Shown here: positions 1-11,149 of the stretch, piece after piece
How the letters are laid out: every line of letters starts with the position of its first letter
How positions within the stretch are numbered: the stretch's first letter is position 1
From: Chiloscyllium plagiosum
Lineage: Eukaryota
Assembly (NCBI RefSeq): GCF_004010195.1
Contig: NC_057711.1
Location: 69,381,850 to 69,416,828 of the forward strand
Direction: 5' to 3'
Length of the DNA: 34,979 bases
The notes under the pieces: generated by a model
Database searches by the model: none
Seen by the model: only the letters and a program-made list of their open reading frames with translations
What the model was told of the DNA's origin: nothing
Position numbers and translations under genes: made by a program

Positions 1-50
1 ACACAAGCCCAAGTGCCCAGAACATTAGTCAGGCTCACCAGATTTCTTAC

Positions 51-186
51 CCAGTGACCTTAACAAAATGCCAGTTGCTCCAGGACATTTCCTGCATATT
101 TTTCTAAATGTGTACTGCACTAGCATTTACTTCCTTGTTGTCAAAAAGTGCTACTACTATGATTCACAAAATTTTTGTTCCGTCAC
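51..186 (-). other. Candidate exon, possibly first coding exon (ATG at 126: MLVQYTFRKICRKCPGATGILLRSL)
   Basis: Acceptor TTTTCTCTTGTCAG| and donor CTGG|GTAAGA, with an 85-nt intron (187-271) to the upstream candidate exon. The peptide is not recognised. Confidence 0.3.
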
Positions 187-271
187 CTGACAAGAGAAAA
201 CGAATGGCATGCTGATCAAATCTACGATCAGATAAATTAAGTTTTCTCACATGCCAGCACCAGTAACTCAC

Positions 272-324
272 CTTTGAATTGTATTTATCCCTTTGTGTCA
301 AAGAATGGGATTTTCAATTCACTC
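272..324 (-). other. Candidate non-coding (5'UTR or lncRNA) exon
   Basis: Minus-strand acceptor TTAATTTTATTTTAG| and donor AAAG|GTGAGT. All three frames contain stops. Confidence 0.3.
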
Positions 325-529
325 CTAAAATAAAATTAACTAGCGATTGAAAGAATTACTGGAGTTTACATGGAAACTCCATTTAAAACAAAGACTTCTG
401 GCAGAGTCAGGAAGCACCTTTCATATTTTTTCATGATTTATCTTGGTTCCAAAGTGACATCTCAACATTTGCAGCATACAAAATCAGTACAGAAATACAC
501 CTTCAAGCTTGCTCCACTATTCAGTAAGA

Positions 530-730
530 TCCTTTTCCTCTTGTTTGTCCTTCTTAAATATCAAATATCCTTGAATATTCAGTTCTCAAATCTAGTCATC
601 ATGCAGCCAAGTTTCTGGCAATTAGATCATACTCATACACCCCTATTTGTGCCTTTAGATCACCTATCTTGTTGTGAATACCATGCATTCAGGTAGAGTG
701 CCCTTTGTCATTTTGACATCATTCCAGTTT
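530..730 (-). mobile_element. CR1 LINE fragment (ORF2 endonuclease N-terminus)
   Basis: Frameshifted minus-strand translation ALYLNA/GIHNKIGDLKAQIGVYEYDLIA/ETWL...ELNIQGYLIFKKD matches the start of the CR1 APE domain. Confidence 0.75.
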
Positions 731-3700
731 TGAAACATATTCAATGCTCAGCTTTGTTTCTCCTGTCTCCACAATGTCTAATTTTATCAAACCTCAGGGA
801 ATTATCTTCGAAAGGTATTTTTCTTACTTGTCTGAAACCATTCAATACTTCCTAGATATGCCTATTTAGGTCACTTAATTTGACAAAGAACTGCAATGCT
901 ATGTTTAAAAACAATTCAATAAACAGGCCCCTTTTGATTAATGTAACAAAGTTTAATTGAAACAAATTCTCTGCATGTACTCAAGAGTTAAATTATGCTG
1001 CAAATTGAACAGATATGGCATGCCAGCTGAACTCTTTATGCTATGTCAACCCAGAGTTGCAGTTTAAGTATTGTGATCTTTTGCCAACCAGTTTCATTTT
1101 TTGATATTTCACTTCCAGTTTCGTGACATTTTATGAAGTATGAGCTCTGTCTAAAGCATACATATAGAATGATTATAGAAAGATGTTGATAAGGCACTGA
1201 CTAACGTCAGACAAAAATATAACAAAGAAAAATGTTATCTACAATTTGAAAGCCTTACAAGGCTGTACAGATCGTAGCACAATAGATTCAAGACAACAGA
1301 GCAAATAGCTTAAAATTGTGGGAACTCAGTGACCTTTCCATTGTCCCTGACTCCTTCACGTGCAGGCAGTGTGTCCAGCTGTAGCTCCTGTCTGATCGCC
1401 TGACAGCTCTGGAGCAGCAGCTGGATTCACTTTAGAGCATCCACAAGGCTGAGGGAATAGTGGATAGCAGATTCAGTTAGTTGGTCACACAGCAGATAAA
1501 AATCACTGAGGAAGATAGGGAATGGGTGACAACCAGACAGAGGAAAAGTAGGAAGGCAGTCCCTCCAAAACAGATGTACGCTGTTGGGGGAAATAGCTCA
1601 CAAAGTGAAGGCGGCAGTAGCCAGGTTCATGACACTGTGGCTAGCACTGCTGCACAGGTGGGCAGGAGAAAGAGTGGCAGAGCTATAGTGATAGGAGATT
1701 CAGTTGTAAGAGGAATACATATGTGTTTCTGTGGCAAACAAGAGTCCAGGATGGTACAAGTGTCAAGGATATTTCAGAGCTGCTGCAGGACATTTTGGAG
1801 GGGGAGGCTCAACAGCCAGCTGTCGTGGTGCGTATAGGCACCAAAAGTATAAACTTGAAATAGAATGAGGCCCTTCAAACTGAAATTAGGGAGTTGGGAG
1901 TTAAAGTAAAAAGTAGGACCTCAAAGGTAGTAATTCTAGGATTGCTACCTGTGCCACGTGCTAGTCAGAGAGTAGGAATGGCAAGATAGCTAAGATGAAT
2001 ATATAACTTAAGGGATGGTTCAAATTCCTGGGACATTGGAACTGTTCTGGTGGAAGTGGGACCAGTACAAAGCAAATGGTCAGCATCTGGGCAAAACTGG
2101 AACCAAAGTCCTGGGGGGGAGTGTTTGCTTGTGCTGTTGTGGAGGGTTTAAACTAATATGACAGGGGTGATGGGAACCAATGCAAGAAACCGGAGGGAAG
2201 TAATGTGGGGACAGAAACAAAAGACAGTAATAGGAAAAGTGAAAGTGGAAGGCAAAGATAAAAATCAAAAAGGGTCACATTATATCATAATCCTAAAAGT
2301 CACAAAAATGAGCCTGAAGGTTCCATGTCACAATGCAAGGAGCATTTGTAATAAGGTGGATGAATTAACTGTGCGGACAGTTATTAGTGGATATGATGTA
2401 ATTGGGATCATGGTGACTTGGTTCAGGATGACCAAGGATAGGAACTCAATATCCAGGGATATTCAATTTTCAGGAAAAATAGAAGAAAAGGAAAGGGAGG
2501 TAAGGTAGGCGTTGCTGGGTTAAGGAGGAAATTAACACACTAGCAAGGAAGGACATCAGTCTGTTCAGTGTTGAATCTGTATCGGTAGAGCTATGGAACA
2601 CCAAAAGGGAAAAAATCGTTAGTGGGAGTTGTGTACAGACCACAAAACAGTGGTTGTGAGGTTGGGGATGGCATCAAACAGGAAAATAGAGATATGGACA
2701 ATAAGGGTACAGCAATTATTATGGGTGAATTAAATCTGTGTATTGATTGGACTAACCAAACTGGTAGCGATGCGATGGAAGAAGATTTCCTGGAATGTTT
2801 GAGGGATGTTTCCTCGACAAAGATGTTGAGGAACTATCTGGACAGCAGACCATCCCAGACTGGGTATTGTGTAATGAGAGATGATTAATTAGCAATCTTG
2901 TGGTACAAGATCCTTTGGAGAGGAGTGACCATCATATGATAGAATTCTTCACTAAGATGGAGAGTGACACAGTTAAATCTGAGACTAGGATCCTGAAGTT
3001 AAAGAAAGCTAACTTTGATTGTATGAGACATGCATTGGATAAGCTGGCCAAGGATACTTAAGGATTGACGATGGCAGACATTTCAAGAACAAATGGATGA
3101 AGTACAACAATTTTACATCCCTGTCTGGTGTAAGAGTAAAACAAGGAAGGTGGCTCAACTATGGCTAACAAGGCAAATCAGGAACAATGTTAAAAGTTAA
3201 AGAGGAGGCCTAGACCTTAATCAGACAAAGCAGCAAACCTGAGGCCTGGGATAAATTTAAAATGCAACAGAGGAGAATAAAGGGTTTAGTTTGGAAAGGG
3301 AAAATAGAATACAAGAGTAAGCTTGCGGAAAACACAAAAACTGACTGCAAAAGCTTCTATAGATATGTGAAGAGAAAAAGACTAGTGAAGACAAATGTAA
3401 GACCATTACAGTTAGAATCAGGTGAATTCATAATGGACAACAGAGAGATGGCAGATCAGTTGAACAAAGACTTCGGACCTATCTTTACGAAGGAAAACAC
3501 AAATAACCTTTCAGAAATGCCAGAGGACAGGGGATCCAGTGTGAAGAGGAACTGAAGGAAAGCCTTACTCTTCAGGAAGCGGAATTGGGGAAATTGATGG
3601 GATTAAAATCCTAGGAGTCCCAAGAGCCTGATGCTTTACATCCCAGAGTACTTAACAAATTGGCCCTAGAAATAGTGAACACACTTGGTGATCATTTTCC

Positions 3701-3885
3701 AGCATTCTATAGAATCTGGAAGAATTCCATTGGACTGGAGAGTAGCTAATATAACACCGCTTTTTTTAAAAAGGAGAGAAAAAACACAGCGAATTATAGG
3801 CTAGTTAGCCTGACATCAGTGGTGGGGAAGATGTTGGAGTCAATTATTAAGGATGTAATAACTGAGTATTTGGAAAGTGGTCACA

Positions 3886-4245
3886 GGGAGGTGATGGTCT
3901 TGTAGTATCTCTGGACTGTTAATCCAGAGACCCAGGTAATGTCCTGGGGACGGGCTCGAATCCTGCCATAGCAGATGGTGGAAGTTGAATTCAATAAAAA
4001 TCTGGAATTAAGAGTCTAATGATGACCATGAATCCATTGTCAATTGTTGGAGAAATGCATATGGTTTACTAATGTCCTTTAGGGAAGGAATCTGCCATAG
4101 TTTCCTGGTCTGACCTAAATGTGACTCCAGACCCACAGCAATGTGGTTGACTCTTAACTGTCCTCTGGGCAATTAGGGATGTGCAATCAATGCTGGCTTA
4201 GCCAGAGACACTTTCATGGAATGACTGTAAATGAATTTTAAAAAG
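3886..4245 (+). mobile_element. tRNA-derived SINE (SacSINE1-like) with L2-type 3' tail, nested in the CR1
   Basis: Degenerate A box, B box GGCTCGAATCC, tail GGGCAATTAGGGATGTGCAATCAATGCTGGC..AATGAAT and an A-run. The CR1 RT sequence resumes after it. Confidence 0.8.
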
Positions 4246-4725
4246 ACCAATCCAAGTCAGCGTGGATTCACTAAAGGGAAATCGTGCTTGACTGGTCTTC
4301 TGGAATTTTTTTGAGGATGTGACCAGTAGAGTGGACGAGGGTGAATCAGTGGATGTTGTGTATCTGGACTTATAAAAGGCTTTTGACAAGGTTCCACACA
4401 AGAGATTAGTAAGCAAACTTACAGCTTGTAGTATCAGAGGTAAGGTATTGATGTGGATAGAGAACTGGTTGACAAACAGGAAACAAAATGTTGGAATAAA
4501 TGAGTCCTTTTCAGAGATGCAGGTAGTGATGAGTGAGATATCGCAGGGTTCAGTGCTGGGACCCCAGCTGTTCACAATATATATTACCGATTTGGACGAA
4601 GGAATTGAATGCAGTATCTCCAAAATTTGCAGATGACACTAAGCTGCATGGTAGTGTGTGCTGTGAGGAGGATGCTAAAAGGCTGCAGAGTGACTTGGAC
4701 CCAGGCTGGCTGAGTGGGCAAATAC

Positions 4726-5013
4726 AATTAGAATTCCTACAGTGTGTGGAAACAGGCCTTTCGGCCCAGCAAGTCCATACTGACCCTCTGAAGACTAATG
4801 TACCCAACCTACACATCCCTGAACACTATGGGCAATTTAGAATGGTTAATTCACCTAACCTGCACATCTTTGGACTGTGAAAGGAAACCCATGCAGACAC
4901 GGGGAAAACGTGCAAACTCCTCACAGACAGATACCTGAGGCTGGAATTGAACCTAGGTCCCTGGCGTTGTGAGGCAGCAGTGCTAACCACTGAGCCACCA
5001 TGCTGCCCCAGCA
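4726..5013 (-). mobile_element. HE1-type (V-SINE) tRNA-derived SINE nested in the CR1
   Basis: Minus-strand head GGGCAGCATGGTGGCTCAGTGGTTAGCACTGCTGCC, B box GGTTCAATTCC, V-domain-like core and CR1-derived tail. TSD GCAAATAC at 4718-4725 and 5014-5021. Confidence 0.9.
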
Positions 5014-5560
5014 GCAAATACTTGGCAAATGCAATATAATGTAGATGCTTATGAGGCTGTCCACTTTGGTGGCAAAAATAGGAAAGCAGATTATTATCTC
5101 AATGGTGGCAGTTTAGGAATAAATGAGATTCAAAGAGACCTGGATGACATAGTGAAACAGTCGCTGAAGGTTGCCATGCAGGTGTAGAAGGTGGTGAGAA
5201 AAGCTAATGGCATATTGGCCTTCATTGAGAGAGGATTTGAGTGTAGGAGTGGAGATGTCTTGTTGTAGTTATACAGGCTTGGTGAGGCCACACCTTGAGT
5301 ATTATATGCAGTTTTGGTCTCCTAGTCTGAGGAAGGACATTCTTTGCTATTGAGGGAATCCAGCGAAGATTCACCAGGCTGATTCCCAGGATGGTAGGAT
5401 TGACATATGAAGAAAGACTGGATCGACTAGGTTTGTACTCACTGGAATTTAGAAGAATGGGATCTCATAGAAACATAAATTCCTGATAGGACAGGACAGG
5501 CAAAATGTGGAAAGAAGGGTCCTGATGTTGGAGAAGTCCAAAACTAGAAGTCACGGTCTA

Positions 5561-7018
5561 TTCGATTAGCTGTACTGGTCCTCACCCGTAACGACTTCTG
5601 CGAATCCTCCCACTTCCTTCAGACCAAAGAGGCAGCCATGGGCACCCACATCAGCCCCAGCTATGTGCTTCTTCATCGGATACATGGAAGAATCCATCTT
5701 CCATAATTAGACTGGCACTATTCCCCACCTTTTCCTCTGCTACATTGATTACTGTATCGGCATTACCTTGTGCTCCCACAAGGAGGTTGAACAGGCCATC
5801 AACTTCATGAACACCTTCCACCCTGACCTTAAATTCACCTGGACTATCTTGGACATCTCCCTCCTCTTCCTGGACCTCTCCATCTCCATTCGGTGACTGA
5901 CTCAACACGGACATCTACTTTAAACCCACCGACTCCCACAGCTACCTGGACTACACCACCTCCTCCCATATCCCCCTCCTGTAAAAACACTATCCTTACT
6001 CCTAATTCCTCTGCTTCTGCCATATCTGCCCCCAGGAGGAGCAATTTGACTCTAGAACATTCCAGATGGCCTCTTACTTCAAGGACTGCAATTTCAACTC
6101 TCACATGATCAACAATGCCTTCCAGCGCATCTCCTCCACTTCCTGCACCATTTCCATTGAACCCCACCTCTCTAATAGCCACAAGGATAGAACCGCCTGG
6201 TCCTCACCTTCCACCCCACCAGTCTCCAGATACAGCGGATCATCCTCCGCCATTCCCAACACCTACAAATTGACCCCACCACCAGAGATATATTTCCCTC
6301 CACACCCCTATCAGCATTCTGCAGAAACCATTCCCTCAGCAACTCCCTTGTTAGGTCCACACCTCCCACTAACCCACCCTCCACTTCCAGCCCCTTGCCA
6401 CCACAAGAGGTGTAAAACATGCACCAACACCTTCCCTCTCACCTCCATCCAAGGCACCAAAGGATCTTTTCACATCTGCAGAGATTTTTCTGCACATCCA
6501 AACACCTCATCTATTGTGTCCATTGCTCTCGATGTGGTCTCCTCTACACTGGGGAGACAGGACGCCAGCTTGTGGAATATTTCAGAGAACAACTCTGGGA
6601 CAACCCCACAGCCCTGTGGCCCACCACTTCAACTCCCCCTCCCACTCGGCCAAAGATATGCAAGTCCTGGGTCGCCTCCACACCAAATCCTAGCCACTCG
6701 ACGCCTGGAGGAAGATGTCTCATCTTCTGCCTTGGGACCCTCCAACCACACGTTGATTTCACCAGTTTCCTCATCTCCCATCCCCTCACCTCATCACAGA
6801 TCCAACACTCCAACTTGGCACCACCCTCTTGAACTGTCCTGCCTGTCCATCTTCCTTCCCACCTACCTGCTCCATCCTCCACTCTGACCTATCATCATCC
6901 ACCCCCCCACATGCATCTTCCTTTCACCTGCCAAGCTTGCTTCCCCCCAGCTTCATCTTTTCCAGCACCACACTTATCAAATCTGATCCCCAGCACCTGT
7001 AGTCCTGACTTTCTCCTG
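5561..7018 (+). mobile_element. 5'-truncated Penelope-like element (RT C-terminus + GIY-YIG endonuclease), nested in the CR1
   Basis: QTKEAAMGT, YID, DIYFKPTDSHSYLDY and GIY-YIG-type FCTSKHLIYCVHCSRCGLLYTGETGRQL. Diverged TSD GTCACGGTCTA (5550-5560) / GTCGCAGTCTA (7019-7029). Confidence 0.9.
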
Positions 7019-7438
7019 GTCGCAGTCTACCAGACTAAGAATAAGGGATATGCCGTTCAAGACTGAGATGAGAAAGAATTTCTTCACTGAGAGAGTTGTC
7101 AAACTATGGAATTCTCTACCATAGGCAGCTGTTGGGGCAAGTTCATCAGGTCTTTTCAAGAGGGAGCTGGACCTGCCCCCTACAGCTAAAGGGATCAAGG
7201 GATATAGAGTCCCTTGATTAGAGTCCCAGGGATATAGAGTCCCTGGGTTACTGAAATTGCATGATCAGCTATGATCATATTAAATGATGTTGCAGGCTAA
7301 AAAGGCCAAAAGACCTAACCCTGCACCTATTTTCTATGTTTCTATTATCATTCGAAAAGCCTAGCATATTAGAAGGACATGAATTGAAGGGTTTGTCATA
7401 ATCTTTCAATGTTCTGTATGTACAGGGGAAGTACCAGA

Positions 7439-7990
7439 GAAGTATAGGAGTTGGGAGGTCAGGTTGCAACTGTACAGGACATTGGTTCGGCCACTTTTGG
7501 AATATTGCGTGCAATTCTGATCTCCTTCCTATCAGAAGGATGTTGTGAAACTTGAAAGGGTTCAGAAAAGATTTACAAGGATGTTGGAGGATTTGAGGCT
7601 GAACAGGCTGGGGTGACCAATTAGAGGTTTATAAAATCATGAGAGGCATGGATAGGATAAATATTCAAGGTCTTTTTCCTGGGGTGGGGGAGTTCAGAAC
7701 TAGGGGGCATAGGTTTAGGGTGAGAGGGGAAAGATATAAAAGGGACCTAAGGGGCAACTTTTTCACAGAGTGGGTAGTGCATATATGGAGTGAGCTGTCA
7801 GAGGAAGTGGTGGAGACTGGTGCAATTACAGCATTTAAAAGGCATGTGGATGGGTATATGAGTAGGAAGGGTTTAGCAGGATGTGGGCCAAGTGCTGGCA
7901 AATGGGACTAGATTAGGATAGGATATCTGGTCGGCATGGATGAGTTGGGCCAAAGGGTCTGTTTCCATGCTGTACATCTCTATGACTCTA
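7439..7990 (+). mobile_element. HER1-type CR1 LINE 3' fragment
   Basis: LYRTLVRPLLEYCVQF and TRGHRFRVRGERYKRDLRGNFF. Tail CTGTACATCTCTATGACTCTA. Confidence 0.9.
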
Positions 7991-8262
7991 AGATGAATAA
8001 CAAATGTGACAACAAAGGTTGCAGGAGATTTCTGGTAATCACATGCTGGTCAGTTTACCTCAGGCATTGGCAGACAAAAACATAGGGAAAACATAGATGG
8101 AAAGCATAGGCTGTTTCCATTGAAGAGAGCCAGCAGAGATTTATGAAATATCATTGATGATTAACATAATTACATTTTTTAAGTTACAGAAAGTTACTTA
8201 AAGGAATGTAATGGATGTGCTCTGTGTGAATCTTTTTTAAAGAAGGATTTCGTGAAGTCAGG

Positions 8263-9689
8263 GAGTCATACAGCATAGAAACATTTGGTCAACTATGTCA
8301 ATGCCAACCAACTAACAAGAAACACACTAATTCTATTTCCTTGCATTTGGTCCATAGATTACTGTGCCCTGTCATTTTATGTGTTCATTCAGATGTTTCT
8401 TGAATATTGTGAGAGTATATGTCCCCACCACCCACTCAGACAACACGTTCCATAGTTCTACCACCATCTGGGTAGAAATTGTTTTTCTCCAATCTCCTCT
8501 CAACCACTTGCTCCTTATCTTAAACTTATTCCCTCTGATATTTAGGCGTGTCTACCATATGAAAGATTCTCACAATCTACTTTGTGTCGCATAATTTTGT
8601 ATATCTCAATCAGATCTCACCCAGCCTCACAGCCTCGAAGTGAAACAAATCCAGTCTATCTTGTCTCTCTTCTTAACTGAGATGTTTCATCCCAGGCAAC
8701 ATCCTGCTGAATCTCCTCTGCATCTTTCTCAGTCCAATTATGTCCTTCTAATAGTTTGGCAACCGGAATAGCACACAGTATTTCACCTGTGGTCTAACAA
8801 ATGCTTTATAAAGTTGTAGTAAGACTTCCTTGCTCCTATATTCTACGCCTTAGTTAATGAAGGCAAGCATCCTATCTGCCTTTTTCACACCCTATCTACC
8901 TATACTAACACCTTCAGAGATCTATGGACTTGTACACCAAGGTCCCTTTGTTCCTCAGTACTCCCTAGGGATCTGCTATTCATTGTGTATATCCTTCCAA
9001 AATGTGTAACCTCACACTTAGCAAGATTAAATTTCATCTGTCATCACTGTCCAATTTGCCAGCTGATCAATACCAGACTGTAGCCTGAGGCCATCCTCCT
9101 CACTATCAACAGCACCACCAATTTTTTGAGTCATGTACAAGCTTACTAATTATACTTTTACATTCACATTCAAGTCGTTAATGTAAATGACAGGCAGAAT
9201 CTCTGGACCGATGCCTGTGGTACGCCGTTGGTCACAGGTTTCCAATCACAAACATATCCCTCCACCATCATTGTTTGTCTCCTATCTGCAAGCCAGTTTT
9301 GGATTCAGTTTGCTAACTTGCCTTGGATCCCTTGGGCTCTTACCTTTTGGACGAGCCTTCCATGTTGGACCTTGTTAAAGAACTTGCTGAAGTCCATGTA
9401 AACCACATCAACTGTACTACCCTGAATACAATTGAAAAATATTCATTTAAGACCTCACCCATGTCAACTAGCTCCACACACAGGTTGTACCTTTGGTCTC
9501 CAATAGGTCCTACTTATTCCCTGGTGAAATCCTCTTACTCTTAATATACTTATAAAATGTCCTGGGGTTTTTCTTGATCCTATCTGTCAAAGGTATTCTG
9601 CAGACTCTCTTCACCATCCAAATGTCTTTTTTTAAGCAACGTCCTACACTACTATTCAAACTCCAATTTTGGATTGATCTCCCCTGGTT
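8263..9689 (-). mobile_element. Old CR1 LINE 3' portion with internal deletions, running into the gap
   Basis: Antisense CR1 RT and C-terminal sequence similar to the copies at 16228 and 22826. The 3' end is near GAGTCATACAGCATAGAAAC. Confidence 0.8.
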
Positions 9690-10189
9690 NNNNNNNNNNN
9701 NNNNNNNNNNNNNNNNNNNNNNNNNNNNNNNNNNNNNNNNNNNNNNNNNNNNNNNNNNNNNNNNNNNNNNNNNNNNNNNNNNNNNNNNNNNNNNNNNNNN
9801 NNNNNNNNNNNNNNNNNNNNNNNNNNNNNNNNNNNNNNNNNNNNNNNNNNNNNNNNNNNNNNNNNNNNNNNNNNNNNNNNNNNNNNNNNNNNNNNNNNNN
9901 NNNNNNNNNNNNNNNNNNNNNNNNNNNNNNNNNNNNNNNNNNNNNNNNNNNNNNNNNNNNNNNNNNNNNNNNNNNNNNNNNNNNNNNNNNNNNNNNNNNN
10001 NNNNNNNNNNNNNNNNNNNNNNNNNNNNNNNNNNNNNNNNNNNNNNNNNNNNNNNNNNNNNNNNNNNNNNNNNNNNNNNNNNNNNNNNNNNNNNNNNNNN
10101 NNNNNNNNNNNNNNNNNNNNNNNNNNNNNNNNNNNNNNNNNNNNNNNNNNNNNNNNNNNNNNNNNNNNNNNNNNNNNNNNNNNNNNNNN
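9690..10189. other. Assembly gap (500 N)
   Basis: Run of N. Confidence 1.
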
Positions 10190-11149
10190 CACAGTTGTTT
10201 TATTTTCCTTTTAATTTGTAAATTTATGAAAATACAATTAATGAACTTTAATGACGACATAAGACAGTTGTCTTATGATACTTATCACTGAAGGGATATT
10301 TTAAAAAACTTTGTACTAGTGTGTTTTCTCTATTTTAGAGTTTATTTTATTTCTGTCGTGAAAATGTTTTGTAGCAGATTTGAAATGAGCTGAAAACTTG
10401 TATTTTTTGGATTTATCAGTTAATGCACGTACAACATCAAATGTTCATCATTTATTCAGAATGCTTTTTTAACTGAAATATCTTCCACATGATTTGGGCA
10501 ACATTGGTTATGTTTGAAGTATTATTTTGCTTATTTGGAATTTGAATTTAAGTCCTGTTAAAATTTTAATTTGCACTTGTTTAGTTTTGTTTTTCTTTAG
10601 AATCCCATGGCACTATGTTTACGTAGATAAAATTGTAATGAAATCCTAAATATTGGTTTAAAAGCTTCCTGTTAAAGGAAATGCTCTGGAAATTAACACT
10701 GGATAGTGAGGTATTTTAATCAGTCTGTGTCATTTATAACAATTTGGCAGTCAAATGTATACTTTGTTTTGGAAAAAAATCTTTCTTGAGCTTGTTTTAT
10801 ATAAAACTTCAGTCATCTAGGATGACATAATTTAGATACAAGGATTTTTGTTTTCAGCCTCTTGAGATTTTATACAGAACGATAGATTGAAATGTCCTAT
10901 ATGCAGCAATCTTGTATTTTCATGGGATCAAGTCACAAAATATAAAACTGAAACATAACGTCAATGAAGTTCTTTCAGTTATGCCAACATTATACAGTTA
11001 GGCTCCAAAAGCTCCAGGAATGAAATACTCAATGCACTCTATTTAAATAAATGTCTTCAAATGAACAAAAGAATTATTTAATTAATTGATTTTATTGTTA
11101 AAATACCGAAATGCTTTAAAGAAAGCATTTTCTTCTGTATTAATTATTT

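Larger units (their letters stand above)
1316..7345 (+). mobile_element. Near full-length decayed CR1 LINE (ORF1 zinc finger/leucine zipper + esterase; ORF2 APE-RT), interrupted by three insertions
   Basis: ORF1 remnants VPDSFTCRQCVQL..LEQQLDSL and AIVIGDSVVRG. ORF2 motifs NARSICNKVDEL, GVVYRP, SDH, NYRLVSLTSVVGKMLE, QGSVLGPQLFTIYI and KFADDTKL. 3' tail CCTATTTTCTATGTTTCTAT. Many stops and frameshifts. Confidence 0.93.

Noticed and set aside
370..696. 108-aa plus-strand ORF with a hydrophobic stretch
   Set aside because: It overlaps the antisense of a CR1 endonuclease fragment and has no recognisable domain.
4940..5008. tRNA gene
   Set aside because: The A and B boxes are the head of a SINE flanked by a TSD.
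6066..6887. 273-aa Pro/Ser-rich ORF
   Set aside because: It is a frameshifted read-through of C-rich Penelope sequence, not a host protein.
7198..7244. Short tandem duplication AGGGATATAGAGTCCCT
   Set aside because: It is a local slippage or repair scar inside the CR1 3' end, with no sign of function.
9574..10291. Long ORFs of 178-215 aa
   Set aside because: They are artefacts of translating the 500-N gap.
10190..11060. T-rich, 3'UTR-like stretch with AATAAA at 11046
   Set aside because: No upstream coding exon is visible, and such motifs are common in AT-rich DNA.
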